A stretch of DNA of 60,283 nucleotides, taken from Bacillota bacterium. Its GTDB lineage: Bacteria; Bacillota; Desulfotomaculia; Desulfotomaculales; Ammonificaceae. This document shows positions 8,723-17,429 of the stretch, piece after piece (within the stretch, counting starts at the first letter, position 1; the number at the start of each line of letters is the position of its first letter). The DNA is taken from assembly GCA_020063185.1 (NCBI GenBank), contig JAGUUY010000039.1, positions 1 through 60,283 on the forward strand, in the 5' to 3' direction. The notes beneath the pieces were generated by a model. That model ran no database searches. It was given only the letters and a program-made list of their open reading frames with translations, and was not told where the DNA came from. A program made the position numbers and the translations under genes.

Positions 8723-10834
8723 TCACCCGATTGTAATCTTGATGTCCAACGCCGCCGCTCCGTTTTGGTAAGCGAAAACCGGGTTAATATCCATTTCCAC
8801 TATTTCGGGAAAATCGGTTACCAGGCGCCCCACCCGGCCGATGATGTTTACTATGGCGTCCGTGTCCAGCGGTTTCTCCCCCCGGTAGCCCCGCATCAGC
8901 GTATAGGCCTTCGTCTCGCGGACCATTTCGCGGATTTCCCGCTCGCCCATTCCCCAGCTTAACCGGAAAGCAACGTCTTTTAAAAGGTTGACGTAAATGC
9001 CGCCGAGACCAAAAGCGATCATGGGGCCGAACTGAAGGTCGCGGCTGACCCCAACGATTAGTTCGGTACCCTTTGGGTACATTTTTTGCACCTCGACCCC
9101 GTGAATCGTAGCATGCGGAAAGTGCTCGTTGACGCGGTCCATGATTTCCCAAAACGCCTCGCGGATTTCCTCAGACGTTTTGAGCCCGACCTTGACCCCG
9201 CCGATGTCCGTTTTATGAATAATTTCGGGGGAGCCCACCTTGAGTACCACCGGGTATCCAAGTTCGGCCGCGTGGGCCACCGCCTCCCGCGCGCGGCGCG
9301 CCAGGCGTAAAGGCGCCACGGGGATGCCGTAAGCTTCGGCGATACGGGCCGCTTCGCTTCCCAGGAGTGTCCGTCGCCGCTCCTCCTTGACCTGTGCCAA
9401 TACCTTGTTTGCCTTATCCCGGTTGATGTCTTCGTAATTCGGAACTGATCCTTTTTCCGGACGCTCCTTCTGCCGGCCGTACGACACCAGCCCGCTGAGA
9501 GCCCCGACCGCTGTTTCGGGGAACGTGAAACAGGGAACCCCGTTCCGGGTTAAAAAATCGGCCCCCGGGGCCAGGGTCTCCCCGCCCATGTACACCGCGA
9601 GAATCGCTTTATGCGCGAACTTGCGTCCGGCTTCCACCAGTGCGGCGCCGGTTTCCACCGGTTCGGCCACGGCAGTCGGGCAGACCAGTACGACGGCGCT
9701 GTCCGTCCCTTCGTCACCAAGTACTTGTTCGAGGGCAAAACTGAACCGTTCCACCCTAGCATCGCCCAAAACGTCCACCGGATTGAATACGTTGGCCTCC
9801 AGCGGCAACTCCCGGCGCAGCGATTCAACCGTATCCCGGTTGAACCGGGCCATTTCCAGCCCTTTGGCCTCGATACTGTCGGTGGCGACAATCCCCGGCC
9901 CACCGGCGTTTGTGACCACGGCCACCCGGGCGCTTTTCGGTACGGGCTGCCGGGCGAAAACAACCGCGAGGTCAAAGAGTTCGCTCATGGTGTCAACCCG
10001 TATAATACCGGTTTGTCTGAAGGCCGTTTCGTAAGCGATATCCGAACCGGCAAGCGCCCCGGTATGCGAAGACGCCGCCTGCGCGCCGGCGTGACTGGTG
10101 CCGGACTTAAGTACGATCACCGGCTTTACCCTTGTCGCCCGGTCCGCAACTTCCAGGAAATGCGCCCCGTTGCGGATGTCTTCTATATAGCATAGGATTA
10201 CTTTAGTATTCTCATCCTTTACCGCGTCGCTGATGAAATCGGCCTCACTCAGGTCGGCCTTATTTCCCAGACTGACAAAACGGGAAAAACCGATCCCTTT
10301 TTGAATGCTCCAGTCGAGGATCGCCACCAGCATCGCACCGCTCTGGGACACGAACGCGATGTCGCCCTTCAAAGGGAAACCGGCGGCGAAAGACGCATTT
10401 ATGGGGGTGTGGGTGTCCATAACGCCCACGCAATTCGGCCCAAGGAGCCGAATGCCACGCTTCCTACAGGTTTCAACCAGTTCTCTTTCTCTGGCCAAAC
10501 CATCCTTGCCTGTTTCCTTAAACCCGGCGGAAATCACGACGATTTTTTTGACACCGGCCTCACCGCAATCAGCCGCTACTTCAAGAACTCGCCCGGCCGG
10601 AACTACAACCACCGCAAGATCTACGGGTTTGCCGACGGCCGAAACCGCCGGGTACGCCGTTAATTCTTCAACAACCTGCTCTTTGGGGTTAATCGGATAA
10701 ACGTGGCCCCTGTATCCGCTTGCCAAAATATTGCGCAGAATGACGTTTCCCAGCTTCTCTCGATTTTTAGAGGCCCCGACGACAGCCACACTTTCCGGAC
10801 GAAACAAGGCGTCAAGTGATGTCAAAAACCCCAC
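8723..10834 (-). CDS. acetate--CoA ligase (ADP-forming), fused alpha/beta
   Basis: 703 aa with an N-terminal CoA-binding segment (PESVAVVGAS...NPK), succinyl-CoA-synthetase-like middle domains and a C-terminal ATP-grasp. The start is GTG 10834 or TTG 10825 (SD GAGGTGG). Confidence 0.9.
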   Translation of the reverse strand: MGFLTSLDALFRPESVAVVGASKNREKLGNVILRNILASGYRGHVYPINPKEQVVEELTAYPAVSAVGKPVDLAVVVVPAGRVLEVAADCGEAGVKKIVVISAGFKETGKDGLARERELVETCRKRGIRLLGPNCVGVMDTHTPINASFAAGFPLKGDIAFVSQSGAMLVAILDWSIQKGIGFSRFVSLGNKADLSEADFISDAVKDENTKVILCYIEDIRNGAHFLEVADRATRVKPVIVLKSGTSHAGAQAASSHTGALAGSDIAYETAFRQTGIIRVDTMSELFDLAVVFARQPVPKSARVAVVTNAGGPGIVATDSIEAKGLEMARFNRDTVESLRRELPLEANVFNPVDVLGDARVERFSFALEQVLGDEGTDSAVVLVCPTAVAEPVETGAALVEAGRKFAHKAILAVYMGGETLAPGADFLTRNGVPCFTFPETAVGALSGLVSYGRQKERPEKGSVPNYEDINRDKANKVLAQVKEERRRTLLGSEAARIAEAYGIPVAPLRLARRAREAVAHAAELGYPVVLKVGSPEIIHKTDIGGVKVGLKTSEEIREAFWEIMDRVNEHFPHATIHGVEVQKMYPKGTELIVGVSRDLQFGPMIAFGLGGIYVNLLKDVAFRLSWGMGEREIREMVRETKAYTLMRGYRGEKPLDTDAIVNIIGRVGRLVTDFPEIVEMDINPVFAYQNGAAALDIKITIG

Positions 10835-10846
10835 CTCATATCAGAG

Positions 10847-10922
10847 GTTGGAGGTGAAAAGTTTTAAGGTTGGATCACTTATCGGCTTCGGCTTGGCCAA
10901 CCCTCATACTCTCACTTCCAAC
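10847..10922. repeat. imperfect long hairpin with SD-like / anti-SD-like arms (family member E3)
   Basis: Outer stem GTTGGAGGTGA (10847-10857) pairs with TCACTTCCAAC (10912-10922) over 11 bp with one G.T. Inner stem AAGGTTGG (10866-10873) pairs with CCAACCCT (10897-10904). It shares the 10-mer CACTTCCAAC with 29590-29599. Confidence 0.65.
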
Positions 10923-11039
10923 TAGTCGTTCTCCGCTACGATATGATAACGTTTTATATCTCGGCAAGGCTTTATAAAGCTTATTCTTTCCAACTTCCAG
11001 CCTAAACTTCGCCGGGGCGGGCCAAAACCCTTTCAAAAG

Positions 11040-11067
11040 ACAAAAAGAAAAGCCGCTTTTCAGCGGC
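11040..11067 (-). terminator. intrinsic terminator after the SleB-like gene
   Basis: Minus strand reads GCCGCT-GAAA-AGCGGC followed by TTTTCTTTTTG. Confidence 0.65.
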
Positions 11068-11080
11068 CCATGTTTTTGTG

Positions 11081-11695
11081 TCAAATAACGGTGACGATAC
11101 TCCCCGCAAATACGTGATTGCCTATACTGGTTATGACGGGCAATGTACGTATCCATTGGTCCTGTGCCGTTACCGGATTGTAGAAGAACAGGGCGCCGTT
11201 AGTGGGATCGACGCCTTCGATGGCCCTTAACGCCGCCTCGAACGCTTCTTCGTCCGGTTCAAGGTTAAAGGAACCGTCCGCAACCGGAGTAAACTCATAA
11301 ACGCCGTTCGTGCACTGGAAAATCACTTCACGGGTCGTGTTAGGGAAGGCGGGGTGTTGGAGCCGGTTCATGATTACCGCACCAACAGCGACCTTGCCCA
11401 GAAAGCTTTCGCCCCGTGCCTCCGCGTTTATCATCCGCGCCATAAGCAGGAGTTCTTCCTGGTCCGGTAGACCGGTGTCGGTTTCCAATGGAATACTGAG
11501 CACCTGACCGGGGATTATTATTTCCGTGTCCAGGTCGTTGGCCTCCATCAAGGCGTGAACCGTCGTCCCGTGGCCCCTGCTAATACCCCACAGAGTATCA
11601 CCGTAGGCTACCGTATAAGTTTCGTCCTCGGCTCCTGCCGGAGTACATACGCACACCAGCAGACCGAGTAAAATAAGCGCTGTCCTTATGGTCAA
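11081..11695 (-). CDS. LysM-domain spore cortex-lytic / cell wall hydrolase (SleB/CwlJ family)
   Basis: Signal peptide, a LysM segment (YTVAYGDTLWGISRGHGTTVHALMEANDL) and a Hydrolase_2-type core (INAEARGESFLGKVAVGAVIMNRLQHPAFPNT). Confidence 0.85.
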   Translation of the reverse strand: MTIRTALILLGLLVCVCTPAGAEDETYTVAYGDTLWGISRGHGTTVHALMEANDLDTEIIIPGQVLSIPLETDTGLPDQEELLLMARMINAEARGESFLGKVAVGAVIMNRLQHPAFPNTTREVIFQCTNGVYEFTPVADGSFNLEPDEEAFEAALRAIEGVDPTNGALFFYNPVTAQDQWIRTLPVITSIGNHVFAGSIVTVI

Positions 11696-11776
11696 TTGAG
11701 ACCTCCTTTCCCCAAGGAGGTATTCTAACCAACGACAGCGCGTTTTTATGCATTTTGTAGCGGGCTCGGCGTTTCC

Positions 11777-13000
11777 CTATAAACTGACGACATCCTGCTC
11801 GTAGTACTGCGACAAAAAAAGAAGCAGGTAGTCACGTATGTGCCTTGTGATCAAGAAGTTGTTTTTGATGTGCTCCCTCCCGTTGAGGCCAAGCGCCTTT
11901 GCATAGCTGGGTTCATGGAGCAACTGCTTTAAATAATGGGCTGTGCCTTCAATAGAATAGGTAAGAATTCCCGAGTATTTGTGCTTGATCTGTAAGGGAA
12001 TTCCTCCTACCGCCGACGCGATGACCGGTTTTGCTTTCCATAACGCTTCCGCCACTGTAAGGCCGAAGCCTTCTTTTAAGGACTTTTGCAGGACTACCGT
12101 GGAAGCCCTCTGCAAGGCGTTGATCTCAACATCACTCCCGGCGGGAAGAAAAATTATGTGTACGTCGGAGTCCCCGGCGGCCGCTGATTTTGCTTCTTCA
12201 AGCACTTGCATGCCTTCGGGGTCGTCGGTGGCGCCCCCGCCGGCCAAAACTAACTGACAGTCGATGTGTTTCTTTGCCTTTTGATACACTCTGATCACGC
12301 CTACCGGGTCCTTGAGATAGTCGAAGCGCGAAATCTGGGTGACCAGCCGCCGTTTTTTGTCGATACCGAGCCGCTCCAGAACTTCATCGACCGTTTCTTG
12401 CGGCAGATCTTTGTTCTTGTCGCTCAAGGGATCGATGGAGGGCGAAATAAGGACCTGCGCTATATCCATCTCCTGGCCGAAAGCGGGAGCCGAAAATACG
12501 GCGCTGTCGTATTTCTCCACGTAAAGCTTTAGGAAATCCATAACCTCTTTTTGTGGATTGGTAATGTCGATGTGACACCGCCAGATCCATTTCACGGCGT
12601 CACGGCGGTTTCTTCGCTCAATGAGCGCTATCGGCTGCGGGTCGTGGACGAATATGATATCGTCGGACAGGTCCAACTCAGCCGCGTTCTCCCGGTTGAC
12701 TTCCAGGAAGTATTCCCATTCTTCTTTGGAAATTGTCACATCGGCGCCGTGCAGCGCATTGTGAATGCTCTTAGTGATGTTAAAAAACTTATCGTTTCCT
12801 TTGATCACGTCCCACTTTGCGTTTACGCCGAGTTGCCGTAGAAGCGGCACCATGCGGGTAAGGATCTCCGCGACACCCCCGCCCACGGCGGTTGAATTTA
12901 TGTTCTGCACAGCACGCGGCTGCACCCTCTCCGCCAGCAGGAATAACTCGTTGATAACGCTGGGGCCTACAACGGGTATGTAATCGTTAATGTTCTGCAT
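11777..13000 (-). CDS. GT4 glycosyltransferase, trehalose-synthase (TreT)-like
   Basis: The N-terminal block NSTAVGGGVAEILTRMVPLLRQLGVNAKWDVIKGNDKFFNITKSIHNALHG closely parallels the archaeal TreT block as I recall it. GT4 E-x7-E motif EGFGLTVAE is present. Confidence 0.75.
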   Translation of the reverse strand: MQNINDYIPVVGPSVINELFLLAERVQPRAVQNINSTAVGGGVAEILTRMVPLLRQLGVNAKWDVIKGNDKFFNITKSIHNALHGADVTISKEEWEYFLEVNRENAAELDLSDDIIFVHDPQPIALIERRNRRDAVKWIWRCHIDITNPQKEVMDFLKLYVEKYDSAVFSAPAFGQEMDIAQVLISPSIDPLSDKNKDLPQETVDEVLERLGIDKKRRLVTQISRFDYLKDPVGVIRVYQKAKKHIDCQLVLAGGGATDDPEGMQVLEEAKSAAAGDSDVHIIFLPAGSDVEINALQRASTVVLQKSLKEGFGLTVAEALWKAKPVIASAVGGIPLQIKHKYSGILTYSIEGTAHYLKQLLHEPSYAKALGLNGREHIKNNFLITRHIRDYLLLFLSQYYEQDVVSL

Positions 13001-13625
13001 GTTTCATCACCATCTCCAGTATTTGCCCCCGAAGACTCTCCAGTGTAATGGTGTAGGGGTCCAGCTTGGATAGGGACTGCGCCAGTTCGTTCTTGCCTAT
13101 ACTCCTGAACCACGCCTGAAAGTCGTTCTCGTCTCTTTCAAGCCTCATCCTGGACTCAAAAATGTGAAAATAGAGCGAGCTGACGCTTATCCTCCGCAGA
13201 ATATCCGCGAATTCGTGCAGGTTGTGGGCGATGTACTGCACCGGCAAGATGAAAGTTTGGCAGGCCATGAAGTGGAACTCGTGCCCCTTGGGACAATCGA
13301 CTACGTTTTTGACCGGGTAACTTTCCAGAATGCCGATAAACTCAGCCCGTAGTTCCTCCATATTCCTGAAGTCGACGGTATCCACGCTCGCGAACGCTTC
13401 CCCCAATTGTTTAAGGTTGAGAATGTTCGTGAGCCAGTACGCAAAATCGTTCGGCGGTTCGGGGGAAAGGTAATGGTGCTGTTGTAAGAAACGGTGCGTG
13501 TGGTAATAGATCGATGATGCCGGGACTTTTTTCATACCTTCCAGCAACTCCAGGGTGTTTTTGGCTTTGAGTCCAAGCAGCCTTACCAGGTGGCTCTCGG
13601 TGTAGAAATGAAATGGCTCGTGCAA
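12987..13625 (-). CDS. conserved hypothetical protein co-translated with the TreT-like gene
   Basis: 212-aa ORF with TTG start 5 nt after AGGTGAGGT. It overlaps the downstream GT gene by 14 nt. I recognise no catalytic motif. It may belong to a DUF family seen next to TreT-like genes, but I cannot confirm this. Confidence 0.55.
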   Translation of the reverse strand: MHEPFHFYTESHLVRLLGLKAKNTLELLEGMKKVPASSIYYHTHRFLQQHHYLSPEPPNDFAYWLTNILNLKQLGEAFASVDTVDFRNMEELRAEFIGILESYPVKNVVDCPKGHEFHFMACQTFILPVQYIAHNLHEFADILRRISVSSLYFHIFESRMRLERDENDFQAWFRSIGKNELAQSLSKLDPYTITLESLRGQILEMVMKHAEH

Positions 13626-13645
13626 ATTTACCTCACCTATCTGTC

Positions 13646-13671
13646 AATAATTCGAAGTTTAATAATTCGAA
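13646..13671. repeat. perfect 11-nt direct repeat AATAATTCGAA x2 (period 15) just upstream of the operon RBS
   Basis: Copies lie at 13646-13656 and 13661-13671. Each contains the TTCGAA palindrome. They sit inside the 5' leader of the 13625 gene. Confidence 0.8.
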
Positions 13672-13793
13672 AAGAACCAAGTTTTTTTCATCGTTCGATG
13701 GCGCTCTTGCGGTATGGGGCGACTACTCCATATTATTGCGGCAAGGCAATTGTCGCCTTACTGACCGGTCCATTGACCACAGGAACCTATAAC

Positions 13794-13821
13794 ATTATAT
13801 CTAACCGGTTCAAAAACTCAA
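13794..13821 (-). promoter_or_regulatory. candidate sigma-A promoter for the hypothetical/TreT-like operon
   Basis: Minus strand reads TTGAGT (13816-13821) - 16 nt - TATAAT (13794-13799). A second extended -10 (TGTTATAAT, 13905-13913) lies further upstream. Confidence 0.5.
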
Positions 13822-13930
13822 GCTGTAGTTCTTGCTATGCTTACGGCTTAAAGGCGCCGACGGCGTAGGACGGAAAAATATTCCCGTGGGATAAAAAACC
13901 AAAGATTATAACAGGGCGGGCATGGTTCTT

Positions 13931-14701
13931 TCAGCCCACGATCCGTAAATAAAAAAACACTTCCAGCATACCCACCAGATTATTCAGCGTGTGCATGGCA
14001 ATGGCGGGGTAAATTGAACCGGTTACAAGACGGGAAATGCCGCACAGCATCCCAAAAATAAAGATCGTGACGATACCGTAGGCGTCATATTGTCCGCAAT
14101 GGAGTATGGACCAGATAAAGGCGGTGATACCCACGGCCCCAACGGGACCCAACCGTGAAAACCGGATGCCCTGAAACATGAACCCCCTGAACAATACCTC
14201 TTCATACAGCGGTGCAAAAAGCACTAAAGCAAGGTATAGTAGAAACATATTGCGTGCTGTTTTGTAAACGTCAATCGGGAATGAAGGGACCACCGGACGA
14301 TTTAAAAGATACGTAAGCAAGTCGGTGGCAAACATGAATACCAATACGAAGCCAAGCCAACGCAACAACCGCCTTCCCGGAACCTCCCTGAAGCCCAGGT
14401 AATCGCGGACGCTAAGCCCTTTGCGCAACCCGGCAAACAGTATGGTCAACGCAATACACGCAGGCGCCGTAACGCATGTGGTGACAGAAAGGTAAAAACC
14501 GTTTGCCGGCAGGCTTTGAGCGAACTGAGACAGGTTCAGACCGGGATTATTAGCCGCCATGAAGGCGAGAAAGCCGGCGGCCGTGAGTGAAGAAATAATG
14601 AAAAAAACTGCCAGCACCACCAGCGACAATCCCATAGTCGCCCAAAAACCCCACGGGGAGGGCGTTTTTGCCGAAGGCGTGCCGGCAGTAACTTCAACCA
14701 T
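13931..14701 (-). CDS. CPBP family intramembrane glutamic endopeptidase (CAAX protease-like)
   Basis: Polytopic membrane protein with the motifs EEVLFRGF, FxxxxLH (FIWSILH) and HTLNN. Confidence 0.85.
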   Translation of the reverse strand: MVEVTAGTPSAKTPSPWGFWATMGLSLVVLAVFFIISSLTAAGFLAFMAANNPGLNLSQFAQSLPANGFYLSVTTCVTAPACIALTILFAGLRKGLSVRDYLGFREVPGRRLLRWLGFVLVFMFATDLLTYLLNRPVVPSFPIDVYKTARNMFLLYLALVLFAPLYEEVLFRGFMFQGIRFSRLGPVGAVGITAFIWSILHCGQYDAYGIVTIFIFGMLCGISRLVTGSIYPAIAMHTLNNLVGMLEVFFYLRIVG

Positions 14702-14768
14702 TTTTAAACGCTGTAACCTCAGAGAGCAGCCTTGTTAACCCCATGATATAGTCATCTCCAGCCGGTTT

Positions 14769-15512
14769 TCACCGCCGCCTGACCTCGCGTTCCTCCCTGC
14801 GGACAGCGCGGATATCATTCTCGACGTATATACGGTATGTTTTACACATTTCAAAAAGACGGGATGTGGTACGCTCTCCCAAATACTCTTCTAATTCCTC
14901 TAGAGCAACGTTAGTCGTGATTATTACCGGCAACCGGTAATTAAGGCGGTGGTTCAGGATGGAGTAAATTTTTTGACGAGCCCATTCAGTGTAAATGAAA
15001 GCGCCGAGGTCGTCCAGAATCAAAAGTGGAATATTCTTTGCGATTATTAAAAGTTCATGTTCGGTGTAATCAACGTCGGACCCCTGATCGTAAGTTGCCC
15101 TTATCTCGTCGAGAAAGTCGGGCACGTTCACAAAAAGTACTTCTTTTCCGGCCGCAAGAATGGCATTGGCGACACAACAGGCCAAAAACGTCTTCCCCGT
15201 ACCTACTTCACCGACAAAAATCAGCCCTTCGGGAGCATCGCCGCTTAGAAAAGAGCTGACAAAATTCCGCGCTGCGTTGTACGCGCGCTTAGCAGATTCG
15301 TAAAAGGAGAGCCCTTTTAGTTCGTCTTTGGAGGTGCGGGAATAATATCTAAGATCAAAATGTTTGAAGACATATTCATGCATTAATGGGGTTAATTGCG
15401 CTTGGGTGAAACGAAAGCGTACTGATTTTTCCTTGGAACACGGACAAGGAATGGCGACGTCCCCTCGTAGAATAAGCCCCCGGTCATTGCATTCCTTACA
15501 CAAGGCCGACAC
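14769..15512 (-). CDS. dnaI: replicative helicase loader DnaI/DnaC-type ATPase
   Basis: N-terminal Cys-rich zinc module (CKECNDRG...CPC), Walker A GEVGTGKT and Walker B LLILDD. It lies directly downstream of a DnaD-domain gene, as in the Bacillus dnaB-dnaI pair. Confidence 0.85.
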   Translation of the reverse strand: MSALCKECNDRGLILRGDVAIPCPCSKEKSVRFRFTQAQLTPLMHEYVFKHFDLRYYSRTSKDELKGLSFYESAKRAYNAARNFVSSFLSGDAPEGLIFVGEVGTGKTFLACCVANAILAAGKEVLFVNVPDFLDEIRATYDQGSDVDYTEHELLIIAKNIPLLILDDLGAFIYTEWARQKIYSILNHRLNYRLPVIITTNVALEELEEYLGERTTSRLFEMCKTYRIYVENDIRAVRREEREVRRR

Positions 15513-15525
15513 AGGGATATCCTCC

Positions 15526-16335
15526 TTAACTGTAAAGCCGCCGGATCAGCTCTTTTTTCTTTTCTCGCCGCTCTGTGTCTTCCTGATTTTTGGCAGAAGC
15601 CGTCCTCCCCCGCCGCTTGCGACGCGCTTCGAAGTTCCGGTCGTACTCTTCTACCTCGCTCAGGGTGCGTAAATTATTCTTTTGCCACTCAAGTAAAATG
15701 GTACCGATATATTTGAAATTGTGCTTGCCCAAAAGAACGGCCCTCCGGAGCGCCTCGCGCACCAGCGCGGGAGACATTCCTTGCCGCCATTTCAGCACCT
15801 GTTCCGCTTCAATGGGAGACAACGGCCGCCCGAATTCCTTCTCAAATACCTGATACAGTCCGCCGAAAGCCTCGTCCGCCGGCGCGATCCCCCTGGCGCC
15901 GTTTTTCAGTACCTGCTGTACCTCCTCGATTTCCACCATCTTGGCGCAGGCCCAGCAATCGGATATCTTTTCAAAAAGCGGCCGAAAGTCGAAACCCTCT
16001 ACGACCTGTCGGCCGTCGTAGTATTCCGTAACCGCGAGAAACTTCCCCTCCAGGAGCAATTGGAGTTCGCGTTCGATCAGTTCCTGTTCCATGGACATAT
16101 ACTCGCTTAATTCGGGTGCGGTGGCGTTGAGCCTTGACTCCTCGGTCCGCAAGCGGAAAAGCTGGAGGATAAGCATCATCCCTGTGTCGCTGATGCCAAT
16201 CTTTTTGTAAAACTGCAGTAACAGATTGGGGACGAAAATTCCTCCGGTCAAGAGTAAGTCGGTGCCGAAAGCACTGACAATGTTCCCTTCCCGGTAACCG
16301 GTCACCGGTCTGGCACAGCTTGTTTTGTCCTGCAT
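15526..16335 (-). CDS. DnaD/DnaB(Bsu)-domain replication initiation protein
   Basis: C-terminal DnaB_2/DnaD-type segment FGRPLSPIEAEQVLKWRQ...YIGTILLEWQKNNL. Confidence 0.8.
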   Translation of the reverse strand: MQDKTSCARPVTGYREGNIVSAFGTDLLLTGGIFVPNLLLQFYKKIGISDTGMMLILQLFRLRTEESRLNATAPELSEYMSMEQELIERELQLLLEGKFLAVTEYYDGRQVVEGFDFRPLFEKISDCWACAKMVEIEEVQQVLKNGARGIAPADEAFGGLYQVFEKEFGRPLSPIEAEQVLKWRQGMSPALVREALRRAVLLGKHNFKYIGTILLEWQKNNLRTLSEVEEYDRNFEARRKRRGRTASAKNQEDTERREKKKELIRRLYS

Positions 16336-16472
16336 AAACCATCCCCCACCCGTTAGTGCCTAACAATGCTTTTTATGTAGTCTGTTTAATTCTCTATTAA
16401 GTTAAGAGAATTTCTCCAAGAGGCGACAAAAATCCTTTAGCACCAGAAAAACTTTTCCATTAAAAACGAAAC

Positions 16473-17315
16473 TTAGGGTTTTATGCGGATTGGGATACCG
16501 CAAACCAGGAGGTAGACTGTATCTGCGGCTTCCGCTACCTGCTGGTTGACCCGGCCCAGGATGTCCCTGAAAAGTCTTCCCAAAGGGTACGGCGGCACAA
16601 TGCCCATGCCCACTTCATTGGTTACTGCTACAGTCCGTCCCTGCCGCTCGCCCACCGCTTGGAGAAACCCGTTTACTTTTTCATAGACCAGGGCTTCTTC
16701 GGTATCGCCGGCTAAAAGATTCGCCACCCAAACCCCCAGGCAATCCACCAGCAGCACCGCCTCAGAAGCTATCCTTTTCGCCGCGCCGCCAAGGTCCAGG
16801 GGTTCTTCAACGGTCTCCCAGTGCGCCGGCCGCCGCGCACGGTGCCGGGCGATACGGGCCGCCATTTCTTCGTCGATCGGCAATGCCGTAGCCAAGTAGA
16901 CAACGCCGGCAGACGTATCGGCAAGCGACTCCGCGAACAGGGTCTTGCCGCTCCGGGCGCCCCCGGTTACCAGGATTAGGCTGCCGCCCGTAACTTTTCC
17001 CGCGCCGAACTCTTTCTCGCTGCCGAGATACACACCGTAAAGGTCAACCCGGTAATCGCTTAACAGCATTTCACGGTAGCCGTCGATAAAAGCCGCCACG
17101 TCCTGGAAAACCCGGTGGATGTGCTCCACCTCGCCGGCCACCGCCGCGATAGCAAGTGTCGCCCGCTGCCATGTGTTCTGCCCGTCAATCTCGACCGCGG
17201 CGACATTGAACCTTGCGCGAAGGCGCTCCAGCAAGCTTTTTAAACGGCGCCGTCTTTCTTTGAGCGACACCACACCCGGAAGAAAGAGTTCCGCGGTGAG
17301 CACAGCGTTAATCAT
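16473..17315 (-). CDS. cobU: DUF503 (YlxP-like) domain fused to adenosylcobinamide kinase/guanylyltransferase CobU
   Basis: Residues about 1-95 (LFLPGVVSLKERRRRLKSLLERLRARFNVAAVEIDGQNTWQRATLAIA) look like DUF503. From about residue 112 there is a CobU/CobP P-loop (LILVTGGARSGKTLFAE). It is a single uninterrupted 280-codon frame. Confidence 0.75.
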   Translation of the reverse strand: MINAVLTAELFLPGVVSLKERRRRLKSLLERLRARFNVAAVEIDGQNTWQRATLAIAAVAGEVEHIHRVFQDVAAFIDGYREMLLSDYRVDLYGVYLGSEKEFGAGKVTGGSLILVTGGARSGKTLFAESLADTSAGVVYLATALPIDEEMAARIARHRARRPAHWETVEEPLDLGGAAKRIASEAVLLVDCLGVWVANLLAGDTEEALVYEKVNGFLQAVGERQGRTVAVTNEVGMGIVPPYPLGRLFRDILGRVNQQVAEAADTVYLLVCGIPIRIKP

Positions 17316-17429
17316 AGGTACCTCCCGCCTTAAGTCTTAGGCTGACATTGCCCCCGCGCGGGCGGCTTCAGACGCCTTGACCGCGTGTGTCAGGTCTGCT
17401 ACGCTGAAGAAAAAGTAACGGAGAAAAAC

